A stretch of 36,495 nucleotides of DNA from Octopus bimaculoides (taxonomy: Eukaryota), in the NCBI RefSeq assembly GCF_001194135.2, contig NC_068989.1:31166644-31203138 (forward strand). The letters run 5' to 3'. The notes below the pieces were generated by a model. The model made no database searches and was not told where the DNA came from. It saw nothing but the letters and a program-made list of their open reading frames with translations. Shown here piece by piece: positions 23,321 through 35,147 of the stretch. The first letter of the stretch is position 1, and each line of letters opens with the position of its first letter. A program made the translations under genes and the position numbers.

Positions 23321-23838
23321 AAAGTGATGGCTGCTGCAGCTTCCCAGTTGGTTCAGTGCATTATTTCCTGCAGGAGATAGGTTTGGAATATATAGATAAA
23401 TTAAGAAATGGAGTTAAATGCAGGTGTTATTCAAATCTTTATACTTTCGACATATGGTTCGAAGAAAAGATTGGTATTATTCCTGAATAAAATGATGTAA
23501 AACAATGTAATCATCTCGTCAGGGAAAAAAGAGAAACAAAACACATCAATAAGCCATTTTAGTGTCAGATACTCTTCTCTAGCCCTATTTTACTATGACT
23601 ATAAATTTGCCATGTCTACATAAAAGAACATGCCTCAGGAGATGCTAGCAAGCTAATGGTATGTAGGTGCTAACCAGAGAGAGGAAGGGCAAGGATGACT
23701 TAAACTATATTATGATTATCAATTAAAAGGGGCCTAAAATAGAAAACGAAGGAGGTCACAATGAGATCTAAGTGGGCATTAAGGGTACAGGGGTAAAAAA
23801 TGTTTATCCAAGTTTAGCAAAATTTATANNNNNNNNNN

Positions 23839-23880
<42 letters not shown>

Positions 23881-23930
23881 CATATAAACTGTTTAGCTGC
23901 TTGTTTCTCTGGAGACTGCCAGAATGATGT

Positions 23931-23982
23931 GGACACCTCTGATGAGAACCCAATAAGATTCGCAAATTGATTAAGGTTGTTC
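23931..23982 (+). ncRNA. Minimal type I hammerhead, copy 1 (core lesion GAAA to GCAA)
   Basis: ggacacct CTGATGA gaacc caataa gattc GCAA a ttga tTA aggttgttc. Confidence 0.6.
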
Positions 23983-24240
23983 ATAATTTTTTTTCAGTCG
24001 GTAGAGAAATGGTTAAAATTTGCCCTGTTTATAATTATACCATGTGTTACATATACATATATTATATCATACCTTGATACTGTGTGGACTAAGATCCCTG
24101 TTGACAGGCTGCTGGTATTTATAGAGTATTAAACACGTTTGGTATGCAAATTAGGGACTCCTTCATAGAGTATCTGCTGCATTTGTTGAGTATATAAACA
24201 TTTTGGCTGCTTGTTTTTCTGGAGACTGTCAGAATGATGT

Positions 24241-24292
24241 GGATGCCTCTGATGAGAACTCAATAAGGTTTGAAAATCAATTAAGGTTGTTC
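24241..24292 (+). ncRNA. Minimal type I hammerhead, copy 2 (core nucleotides intact)
   Basis: ggatgcct CTGATGA gaact caataa ggttt GAAA a tcaa tTA aggttgttc; stems I and II pair with G-U wobbles. Confidence 0.7.
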
Positions 24293-24376
24293 ATCGCAAG
24301 TAGTTTTAGAGATATTAGAGATTTTTGGGTATAAATACCCTAAACAGTGTATAATGGGAAAATATTCTGAAAATAA

Positions 24377-24653
24377 NNNNNNNNNNNNNNNNNNNNNNNN
24401 NNNNNNNNNNNNNNNNNNNNNNNNNNNNNNNNNNNNNNNNNNNNNNNNNNNNNNNNNNNNNNNNNNNNNNNNNNNNNNNNNNNNNNNNNNNNNNNNNNNN
24501 NNNNNNNNNNNNNNNNNNNNNNNNNNNNNNNNNNNNNNNNNNNNNNNNNNNNNNNNNNNNNNNNNNNNNNNNNNNNNNNNNNNNNNNNNNNNNNNNNNNN
24601 NNNNNNNNNNNNNNNNNNNNNNNNNNNNNNNNNNNNNNNNNNNNNNNNNNNNN
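24377..24653. other. Assembly gap (one of six N-runs; others near 12206, 14016, 15652, 23829, 34083)
   Basis: Runs of N; distances across them are approximate. Confidence 1.
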
Positions 24654-25999
24654 ATTTTAATGTTTTTTAAAATTATTTTCAAGTAAATAGCATTACAAAA
24701 ATTTTTTTGGCATATTTAAAAATATTTTAAAGGGAAAATACAGTAAATGTTTCGTAAAAGACCCATTTGTAACCTCAGTGTGAAATAGTTTTTTCCATAG
24801 GTTTTTTTATGAGTGTATTCAATATATCTCACTGCCAAAGATTTGGCTGCTATTTCTAGCGCACCCTGCTACCATGTAACAGCTATTTGCGATAAAGGAC
24901 CTGAAATACCTGTTATGTGGTTGCAGGGCGTGCAAGAAACAGCAGCTAAATCTTTCCTTTTCTGGGGAAAGGAGCCGTTTATGTGTGATTTCAATGTCAT
25001 ATTCATTGAAAGAATGCAAAATAACCTGAAAAGAAAACAAAAACCTCTATTGCTGGGAAACTCAAACTACTGTTGGGTCATCAGTAGTCTTGTTTTGTGT
25101 GAGTGGTCTGTGTGTTTTAATGTTGTAGTGAGAGATCAGCAGCTATTGTGACAGGTGTGAGTATGGGTGGTTGTGACAATGTGTGTGTTTGTGTTTTTGC
25201 ATGTGGGCATAGATGGGAGCAGTTTGATGAATGTCTGAGGGGCAGTCTGAATGGTGTGTGGATGTGTGTGTTGGCATGTGTACATAGATGGAGTGGGAAC
25301 GTGTGAACATGTGTATGGGTGCGTGTGTGTGTGTTCGCTTGTGCATGTGGGGATGTGTGTATGTGTATGTGAATGAGTGGAAGTGTATGTATGTGTGTGT
25401 GGAGGTACATGTGCATTCATGTGTGTATGTATGTATGTGTGTGCATGTATGTATGTGTGTGCATATATGTATGTGTGTGTTGTGTGAGTGGAGGTATATG
25501 TGCATGTGTGTGTATGTGAGAGGGAGAGGGGTGTGGTATAGGAGTATGAGATATAAAGATTAAAACAAATAATAAGTAGTACAAATAATACAAATAAGTA
25601 GGAATTGGTAGAATAAAACCACAAAGGGAAAAGATTATATGAACAAATCAGTGAAAGAAATAAAATAAAAAAAATAAAAAAATAAAATATAATAAAAATT
25701 AAATACAAAAATAATAAATAATAAAATAAATAAAAATAACATAATAAAATAGATAAAAAAATGATAAAAAGATAGAAAATAAATAAAAATTAAATAAAAA
25801 AAAACAAGAGCACTTGGCACAAACCTCTGCCAAGGCATCACCAATGTCCTCTCAACGATTAGCCGGAGATGATTTTTAAAATGAGAATATCTTAAATAAA
25901 TTCGACTGCTCTCACACTCACAAGCGAGAATACTAAAAATGAATCCAACTGCTCTCAATAATTAAGTAAAAAAAAACAGAAAAATAATCCAGAATCCTT

Positions 26000-26510
26000 G
26001 TCCCGTGGGATCTAGCTGGAGGTGATGGAAGGCCTGTAGGATCCTCCGATGAAGGGGTAGGGTGGAGGGATGGAAAAGGGATGTGGTTGGGGGATTGATG
26101 TGAGGAAGGAGAGAGAGTGGTGGTGGGATTGATTTGATGAGCATGGGTAATGGCAGTTTGGGCAAGGGTGGATGGGTATCTGCGATGCATGAACAAGCAG
26201 GCCAGGTACTGGGGCTGGATCTGGAAATGCTGGTCCCGGCTGCACAGGTGTGAGAGGTAGAGGAACTGGAAATAGGGAATGGCCCGTTTGGTGTGGCAGG
26301 GATGGGAGGAGGAAAAGTTGAAGTAGAGGTGGGAGTCTGTGGGTTTGAAGAAGACAGAGGTGATGAGAGAGTGGGAGGGAAGATCAATGGAGAGAAAGAT
26401 ATCCAAGAAGTTTACAGAAGTGTCAGAGATGGTAGATGTAAATTGGAGAGAAGGGTGAAAGTTAGAAATGAAAGAGCTGAAATTGGAGAGTTGGTCCGGA
26501 GAAATACTCA
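26000..26510 (-). mobile_element. Penelope-like element fragment: RT C-terminal/thumb region
   Basis: ORF 25933-26511 reads FHPSLQFT...VNFLDI...FKPTDSHLYFNFSSSHPCHTKRAIPYFQFL; a second frame reads FHPSTLPLHRRILQAFHHLQLDPT. Confidence 0.85.
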
Positions 26511-27039
26511 TACATACACATACCTATTTATGTACATCTATGCATGTGCATACACATGCGTGTGTGAGTTTATGAATGTGTGTGCATACATGTTTGTTTA
26601 TACTTTTTAGATCGAGGAAATCATTTTATTGAATGTAACATATATGCCTCTTTGTGTGTGTGTGAAATTGATAAATATAATTTACGATAAAAATTTAATT
26701 TTATTTCATTAAAATATTGGGGAATTGAGAGCTCACTACAGTTCGCCTGCAGTTAGCTGCCTCTGACTGTCAATCATTGCCACTCCATTTGTTGTTTTAC
26801 TCTTCTTTCCCTAGTGTCTTCAAAGCCTTTAAATGTTATCTGCCTGCTTTAGCATCTCTCACTGCCACCTACTCCTCCAACTCTTGTTTTACTCTTCTTT
26901 GCCTACAGTGTAACCGATAAGGACACACTTTGCATTTTATTAATATAAGATAGTAAAAATGATCTAAAGAGTGCAGTGAACTTGGCATATATATCTGTGC
27001 GTGTGTGTGTATGTGTCTGCTAAGGCACCATCTTGAAGA

Positions 27040-27285
27040 TATCCCAGTTCTTATTTGGTCTGGTACTTACTCTATCATATGCTGAACTGCTAAGTTATGA
27101 GGATTAAACAAACTGACACCAATTGACAAGTACTAACGTGCCTGTGTGTCTGCATACGTAATGGGCTTCTGCAGTATTTCTGTCTACCAATGCATTAGTC
27201 AACCCATGGATATAGAAGCACTTGCTCAAGGTACACATAGTGGGCCTAAATCTGAAACCACATTGTTGTGAAACTACTTTCTGTG
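27040..27285 (-). mobile_element. SINE family 1, heavily decayed copy
   Basis: Residual ctggtactta..gaactgctaagttatg..cacttgctcaagg..tgaaaccac blocks in the same order as 27615-27985. Confidence 0.5.
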
Positions 27286-27614
27286 AGACTTATCATTCAG
27301 TGTTCTGTGGCAGTTTCTGTCATTGGATTACTGAGGTTGAAAACTAGTTTTTGTAGCTCTTGGATTTACTACAGTATCCTCTCTGGTATAATGAAGATCA
27401 AGATTGATTCTAGTGGGATTTGAATTTAGAATGTAAGAGTGTAAAATCAGAAACTTGTAAGCTGTTAAGTCTCATACTATACTGTTTTTTTCCATTCTAT
27501 TATATGTCAATGGATGGAAAGCATATTTGATTATCTTTGATTTATTGCAAATTCTATCATATTGAATATATTGATTATATAAATTTTTTAAAAAAAAGAT
27601 TGGAGCCAGGTATA

Positions 27615-27985
27615 GACTCATTTACTTGTTTCAGTCATTTGACTGTGACCATGCTGGAGCACTGCCTTTAGTCGAAGAAATCGACCCCAGGACTTGTTCT
27701 TTGTAAGCCTAGTACTTATTCTATCAATCTCTTTTGCCAAACCGCTAAGTGACGGGGACGTAAACACATCAGCAGCGGTTGTCAAGCAATGTTGGGGGAC
27801 AAACACAGACACACACATATACGACAAGCTTCTTTCAGTTTCTGCCTACCAAATCCACTCACAAGGCTTTGGTCGACCCGAAGCTATAGTAGAAGACATT
27901 TGCCCAAGGTGCCACGCAGTGGGACTGAACCCGGAACCATGTGGTTGGTAAGCAAGCTACTTACCACACAGCCACTCCTGCACCT
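27615..27985 (-). mobile_element. tRNA-derived SINE, family 1, near full length
   Basis: The - strand head reads ggtgcaggagTGGCTGTGTGGtaag...GGTTCAGTCCC (A-box 27964-27974, B-box 27921-27931); homologous to 1735-2080. Confidence 0.85.
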
Positions 27986-28366
27986 ATATGTAAAAGAGCT
28001 GTGGCAGCCTTGTGTTATTGTAGTTTAAATGAATGTAATTGACAATGAATGTTGGCAGCACAGAAGCAAAGTTGTAAAAGGAAAAGCTTTCCATACAGAA
28101 ATCAATTATGTCACATTTTGCATATAATTTGTTTCGATATGTATACAGAAAAGATAGATGAAAAATCAATAATTAAAATATATAAACATGGTTTGGACAC
28201 TCAAGCATTATATACTTAGGAATATAGTTTCACCTAAGTTGCTAACGAGAAGTTAGTAACAAGATCTAGAAGTCTTATATTCTTACAATATGCTTTGGAT
28301 TTTTCTTCCCATAGACTTAAACCCCTAAGTTGCAGTTAACATTTTAGAATACCTAAATATATTCCT

Positions 28367-28550
28367 TGCAAGGCGGTGACATGGCAGAACCATTAGCACA
28401 CTGGGCAAAATGCTTAGCAGTATTTTATCTGTTTTTATGTTTTTTCATCCTTTCGGGGTTGATAAATAAGTACCAGTTGAACACTGGGTTGATGAAGTTG
28501 ACTTATCCCCTCTCTGAAATTGTTGGCCTTATGCCAAAATATAAAACAAA
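28367..28550 (+). mobile_element. SINE family 2, internally deleted
   Basis: aaggcggtgacatggcagaaccattagcacactgggcaaaatgcttagc ... ttcatcctttcggggttgataaataagtaccagtt matches the reverse complement of 8695-8926; the B-box part is missing. Confidence 0.75.
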
Positions 28551-29096
28551 TATATTCCTTACAGTGCTGTTTTTATAATTAGGATGCTACACCTTCAACT
28601 ATTTTAATATTATACTGCCGTCAGAAAATCACCGACTACTTAAACTTTATTTTATTGAAACTTGGCCTATTATTGTTATACTATCTGATCTCTTTGATGC
28701 ACACAAAATATATTGCATGGCCAGTTTTTACATTCTGAACTAGTAAGTGCTCGGCTCTGTTTTAATTTTTGGCATTTCATCAAAACATTGCAGTGATGGA
28801 ATGCCTAAGCTTTTCAAAATCAAGAGAAGACAGAATTTAAGATGCTGATATTGCAATAAAAATATTTGGATTGCTTCATCATAACAGTTGGTGCTAGGAA
28901 GGATATTCACTGCTATATTCTTTGTTGCATCTCCTGTACAATGTACAGGATTGATTATATTGACAAGTATTAAAGTGTCCATCACAATATTGAAAAAGAG
29001 GACCTTGGAAATGATAATGAGGTTGATAACAGCATTGGTGCTGCTGAAAATGTTATTTTATATGCTTATATATGTTTATGGATTTGTATTTTGCAG

Positions 29097-29581
29097 ATGA
29101 CCATGAAACTGATATAGAGCAAGATTTGGCTGAAGGTCTTGGAGAAGAGATGCCATCATTTGATGACCACACTGATGATGAATTGCTAGATAACAAATCA
29201 TCAGATGTAATTCAGTTTGTGCCAACACACTTTGATTCTGATTCTGATGATGGAGAATTTGGTTTAGATGCAAGAACTGGTAGTACATCACAAAAAGATA
29301 ACAGTGTAGACATTGAACGGAATATTGCAGAAAATATTGTAGCTCAAGCAATGGGATCCATGATGAAAATGGCTTTAAAGGGTTTCTCAAATCCTGAGGC
29401 ACCTGATCTAGATCAGCAAATGTCAGATGAAGAGAATGAACTACATGAGTATGAAACTGCAACAGTTAAACGAAGAAGGAAAGTTCGACCAACAGCTACA
29501 CAAGATTATGTAGAACATAGTGATACAGAGTTGGCTGATGACTTTGAGTTCCTTGATTCAACAGAGCTTGATGACCACTGA
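29097..29581 (+). CDS. RETREG: Terminal coding exon of RETREG/FAM134-like gene with C-terminal LIR motif
   Basis: Acceptor gatttgtattttgcag|AT, phase 1; open to TGA at 29579-29581. Very acidic sequence, a helix-like IERNIAENIVAQAMGSMMKMALKG segment, and ELADDFEFLDSTELDDH matching the FAM134 LIR pattern DDFELLDQSEL (DDFEFL at 29537-29554). Confidence 0.85.
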
Positions 29582-31774
29582 CAAATATTATAAACAAATG
29601 TCACAATTTAAATTACAACACCCAGATGACAGCATCTTGTGATAAATTTCATGCTTTGTTTATATGTATTTAAACCATGTATATACATATATATATTACC
29701 ATGTTGCATGTATATATACACATGCACCTAAAATCATGTATATATGTACATGTATGTATAGCTGTGAATATATATTTTTGCGTATGTGCATGTACAGGTG
29801 GGTATTCTCATACATGTTGAACAAAATGAAAGAAAATTTGCTTTTCCGATTACCAAATGGTGACTATTTTTTAAAAGCAGCTATCAAATTCACCTGGGAA
29901 AAATCCCCATTTATTTTTAATGTAAGATATGAACTTTTCCCTGTTGTACATGATAATACCTTTTCTTAATGTTTATCAAATAATTTCAAGTTGGGCATTT
30001 TCACTTAAAATATTTTTCTTTAAATTGTAAATAGATTTTTAAAATGAACTTTATTATTAATGAAAATATGCAATGTATATTTAAGTTTGAAATTTATAAG
30101 GAAAGGACTCATCTTAAATTCAGATTTCACTCTGAGTGAACCTTTTTTGGAAGATTATGATGTGTTATTCAGCATCAAAACCCAATAACACTATTGAGGG
30201 TATTATAATTTAAATCCTATTCCTATTGCCATTGGACTGGCATAAAATTCCAGTATCTAACTTCGGAGTGAAATCTCAGTTTGTTAGGACCTCGTTATTG
30301 AAGTTGATTACATAGTCAAAGTAAAACAGCTGTCAGTCCTGAACATCTTTTAATTTTAATATCTCTGCCGCAATAGCTTTTGAAATAATTAGCAGTTTTA
30401 TTGTAAGAAAGGTGATAACCAGTGTTAGTCAGTCATTCTTATACATTGTTGCTCATCTTATTTTCTAAGATGTTTCTCCAAATTGTGAAGATTTTGTGTT
30501 TTCCTTTCTGAAGATTTAAAAGTACTAACACTAATCTTCTCTCTCCATTCAGTTCATTTTTAACTTCATAAACAATATATATCTTTGTGGGAAGATGGGT
30601 TGGGTAAGCACATGAAAGAAATGAGAAAGCTAGTATCTTAATATGGCCTTGTTTAACCTCTCAGTAAAGTTAAATAATTAGTTATCATGATAGTATTTGC
30701 CAATAGTTCAAAATCATTTCAAAAGTTAGATTTAATAACTTTTTGAATGTAGAGTTTCTGCTCTAAGACAAATATAGAAATTTCTCTAATATACTTGCCA
30801 AGAGAAAATAGCCAACTATCTTTATACATGTCTATGTATCAACATATAAGCTTCCTTATTCATTAAATTCATCCCCAAAAATTATTTCAATCTACAATTT
30901 TGTAGAAAATGCTGTTCTGTTTTGCCAATTAAAATAAGGATAAGGCAGATATATACGTACTTTGTCATTAGAAAGTGATTAACTTTATTACATTGTAATG
31001 TTTTGGGAAATAATTGTTTACTGTTTCAGACTTAGTTAACCATCTTAAGAATTTTTTTTAAATGGCCTTATTAGATGAATTTATGTAGAAGATAGCACTT
31101 TAATTATCTACTGTTGATTAACAAAACGTATTGTGATACCTTTGCAAAGAAAAATAAATTTTTAAAAAAATGACTTGATTTCTCTCCCTTGTCTCCAATG
31201 ATTTTCTTTCAAAATCATTCTTGTTAGGAGAGCTCACTCCAACATGGAATGAATTTAGAAACTTGATATCTAAATCTTTCATGGTTAAAATTGTCAGCAC
31301 TTTGTTTTTAATGTTACATATAAAAAAAAAAAAAAAATCAGCTTGATTCCCACTTAGTTTTAACAGTTCGAACACCAGATCAATATAAGTTCGTTGTTCC
31401 TTTCAATAGAAAAAGGGCTACAAATTACTCTGCTATTCTCCAAATATATACCCCTCAATCTGAGGAATCAATATTTACTGTGATTGAGAGCAATGATTTG
31501 AACAGTTTAACTATTGAAACTGGCAGCTTTTTGTGATGCTCGCTAGTCACCACTTTTGTACCCTCTCCTATGCTAGTATGGGTTGGACAACACTCATTGA
31601 GACAGTATTCTAAAGCTGGATGCCCTTCCTGTTATCAGCTCTCTTTTCCCTGATCTTAAGCATGGTGGCCTATTCAATTGGATGTTTTTACAGACATATA
31701 TAGTGTTCATGTGGAACATGTACAGGCACCATAAAAACTAGATACTTGAGAAATCAATTTTCTCAGATACCCCA

Positions 31775-32130
31775 GCTCTTTAGAGGTAGTGGATAATTTC
31801 TGCTACTTAGGGGACCAAATTAGTGGTAGAGGAGGATGTACATTGAGTAATAGCTAGAATAATAGGATCGAGAAAATTCAGCACTTTCACCTCTGTTGGC
31901 AACCAAAGGTTTCTCAGAGTGAAAGAAAGATTATATGATGCATGTATGCAAACAGCTATTCTAGGATTGAGATATCTGGTGCCTTGCTGTACTCAAGAAA
32001 ACCCAACCTCCACAGAAGTGTTAAGGCCACATCCCCTGGTTAAGAGGATTAGCCTGCAAGAGTCACATAAAAGCAACCAGCATGCAGTTAAGTGGTTGGC
32101 ATTAGGAAGGGTATCCAGCCATAGGAACCA
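31775..32130 (+). mobile_element. RTE-type LINE fragment plus 3' tail motif
   Basis: LEVVDNFCYLGDQISG.GGC, PLLATKG and LYDACMQTA, with frameshifts; the tail ggttggcattaggaagggtatccagc at ~32095-32120 has an inverted relative at ~31615-31640. Confidence 0.65.
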
Positions 32131-32399
32131 AGCTCCTACAGTGGATTTTAGTAAAATTGAAGAATGGGCAGTCATGATGTTCCTCTTTCTGCAAGGCAGA
32201 AATCTATTGTGAAATGAAGGCAGGCTTCCCATCTTACTCCACAGTGAAAATCTGAATGTCAAGGTTTTGAACTGGTCATTTCAAAGTCACATATGAACCC
32301 CAGACAAGACAGCCAACCTTCAAGACCAGAGGACTAAGTGAACGCTGTGCACATCAGGTTTCACTTGGACTGCTGGGTTTCAGCTAGTCTTAGTTGACT

Positions 32400-32870
32400 C
32401 AGGGAGGATTTCCCGCGAAAGCTTTCCACAAAATAGGTGCCAAAATACCTGAATGCAGAGAAGTGCATCAGGCTGATTTTAAGGCTCATTTAATCACCCT
32501 GGATGAAATTTGGCTTTATCATTATGATCCCCAGACCAAGCAGCAATTGAGTGGTGTCACAAAAGTTCACTGTATCCCAAGCCAGCTGGAAAGATACTGG
32601 AGTAACCCTCATAAAATACATGCCAAAAATGCAGAATATGTCTATGTTGGATGAACTGTGTAAAGCTTTAAAGCAGAAATGCCATGGGCAATGCACCAGC
32701 ACATGAAACTATGGAAAATGTGACATAGGATTTGAATTGGTAGACCACTCACCTTACACTCCTGACTTGGCCCCCTCCAACTATCACCTCTTTCCACAAC
32801 TAAAGAAACATCTCAAGGGAACGAAATTTCACTCTAATTTGGAAGTGATTGTTGCTAGCGACCCAACCTT
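32400..32870 (+). mobile_element. mariner transposase remnant, heavily deleted
   Basis: ITLDEIWLYHYDPQTKQQ and GFELVDHSPYTPDLAPSNYHLFPQLKKHLKGTKF (cf. HPPYSPDLAPSDY). Confidence 0.8.
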
Positions 32871-33748
32871 CTGAACTCTTAACAGGACTTATGACAGCCG
32901 CCTATGCAGTAGGAACACCAAAAAAGCTTGTGTAGTTTGTCTTCCAAAACAAAGCATTGGTCCATACAAGACATTTGCTATAGTTTCATGGCAGGAATAA
33001 ACCTGAAATTATATGGTTGCGAAGCAAATTACTTAACCAACTAGGTCAAAGACCAGCTTTTTCAGGAAAGTGGGTATAGTTAATACAAGAATTCTGGAAA
33101 CATCAGGTTTGAATAGAAGGCTTTCCACCATAACTGATTTTGTATTAACTTTCTCGAAGTTGGCAACAAGACTTATTCAAAGAGTAATCACATCACATCG
33201 AGTTTACAGTAACTTCAAGAGCAGAGAACAAATAAGGACAATTCAAAAATATCTATATGAAACCAATCAACCATATAATTTTTAAAATATTTATTGAACA
33301 GGAAAACCATTAAGTTTAGGATTCCTTCATGTCCCGCAAACGTCTTATGGCACTACGAACTGTAACTGCAGCTGTTGTACTGAAATGTATAAAATATAAT
33401 TAATCAGAATTATTTAACAAAAAATAATGCTCTATATATTTGACTTAACTTTTATAATACTTGAATATTTTAGAAGTGTAACTAAATTTAAGGATAAACA
33501 CTTTAGCATCTACTTTTCAATTCATGCATGTGTCAGATGAAACAGTGAAAGTATAAATTCTAACATTTTGAAGGTAAGATTTTTAAATGAAGAACTCTAG
33601 TTCTCTGACTTGTCTATTACCAATACAATGTCCTCTTCATGGAGAAAGATTAAGATACATCACACACAATGTCTACTTTTCAATGCTTTAATGGGTCAGA
33701 TGAACTTGGCAGGATGCTCTTCCTGTTGAGAATATTTATGGATCTTAA

Positions 33749-35147
33749 CCCTTTCGTTACCAAACCGCCCGAAAAAAATTTTGGTTCATGTGACCAAGCC
33801 GCCCAAAACTGCCGGTAATCACCTATTCATATTTAAATTAGAATATCCGAGCAAATCTCGTTAGTACATTCGTGAAAACACGTGTAAACAGTTCAGCTAT
33901 AGTTTTGTACGACGATCAACGTGTTTCTTTAATTTTGTGAATTTTGGGAGATTTTTTTCAAAATTTGTAATCCTGACAAAAAAATGGATACAAATTTTAT
34001 TCTGTCAAGCAGCGAGTCAGAATTCGAAGGATTTTCCGTTGAAGACCTTGATAAATCTAACTCTGTAACCGAAAAAAAAAGCNNNNNNNNNNNNNNNNNN
34101 NNNNNNNNNNNNNNNNNNNNNNNNNNNNNNNNNNNNNNNNNNNNNNNNNNNNNNNNNNNNNNNNNNNNNNNNNNNNNNNNNNNNNNNNNNNNNNNNNNNN
34201 NNNNNNNNNNNNNNNNNNNNNNNNNNNNNNNNNNNNNNNNNNNNNNNNNNNNNNNNNNNNNNNNNNNNNNNNNNNNNNNNNNNNNNNNNNNNNNNNNNNN
34301 NNNNNNNNNNNNNNNNNNNNNNNNNNNNNNNNNNNNNNNNNNNNNNNNNNNNNNNNNNNNNNNNNNNNNNNNNNNNNNNNNNNNNNNNNNNNNNNNNNNN
34401 NNNNNNNNNNNNNNNNNNNNNNNNNNNNNNNNNNNNNNNNNNNNNNNNNNNNNNNNNNNNNNNNNNNNNNNNNNNATATGTCTCAAGTATAATGACGAGG
34501 ATACGGTTTTTAAAATTGACTCAATATCTACATGTAAGAGACACGAGCAGTACACCAGTATGTGGAAAACCAGACTTTGATCCCTTATTTAAAATAAGAC
34601 CCCTCATTGACTGTGTTCAAAGCACATATAAAACAGTTTATAGATGAGGATATGGTGGGCTATAAAGGCGGAGTGCGTTTTCGACAGTATATGCCAGGAA
34701 AGTGCACAAAATGGGGGATCAAAGTTTGGAAAAGATTTGTGAATCAACTACTGAGTACTGCTCTGGATTTTAATTTTATACTGGCAAAAGAGAGTAATAA
34801 ATCCAGTAATGTGCACAACTCTTCTATAATAATATTTCGTTGTATACCCAATTGAATATTAGCTAATAACCCATTTTCTATAGCGATGTTTGAACAAAAA
34901 TTTAAATAATTTTATACTTTGTTGAATTTACCTGTATTTTCCTGTAATTAAAGTCACTTTGTGACAAAAATTTTGGTATAGAATTGGTTGAGAACCTTTC
35001 GTTAAATTATCTTCCAAAAATCACATTAATATGTTGATAAATAAAAAAGTTGTTTAATGAAACCAGCCTAAATTTATAATTATGTTAGAAATTAATTGAA
35101 ACACATAAGGGGTGTGTAATTTGGTTAGAAATATGGTAACAAAAGGG
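33749..35147 (+). mobile_element. piggyBac element, internally deleted, both ends present
   Basis: TTAA at 33745-33748 and 35148-35151; TIRs ccctttcgttacca and tggtaacaaaaggg (13/14). N-terminus MDTNFILSSSESEFEGF, then KIRPLID and FIDEDMVGYKGGVRFRQYMPGKCTKWGIKVW after an N gap. Confidence 0.9.

Larger units (their letters stand above)
23882..24294 (+). repeat. Two ~103-bp direct repeats 310 bp apart, each ending in a hammerhead motif
   Basis: 23882-23984 aligns with 24192-24294; homology ends 2 nt after the 3' strand of stem I. Confidence 0.9.
2679..29096 (+). other. Predicted ~26.4 kb last intron of the RETREG-like gene
   Basis: GT...AG ends with phase 1 on both sides. The interior is almost all repeats and microsatellites. 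A small undetected exon cannot be excluded. Confidence 0.6.

Noticed and set aside
27921-27985. tRNA-like A/B boxes (also 8840-8926)
   Set aside because: They are heads of SINEs with non-tRNA bodies, and no cloverleaf could be built.
29076-29462. 128-aa ORF antisense to the terminal exon
   Set aside because: Shadow ORF of the acidic sense exon with no recognisable motif.
31153-31158. AATAAA as the poly(A) signal of the RETREG-like gene
   Set aside because: The hexamer is common in this AT-rich DNA, and there is no transcript evidence for this site.
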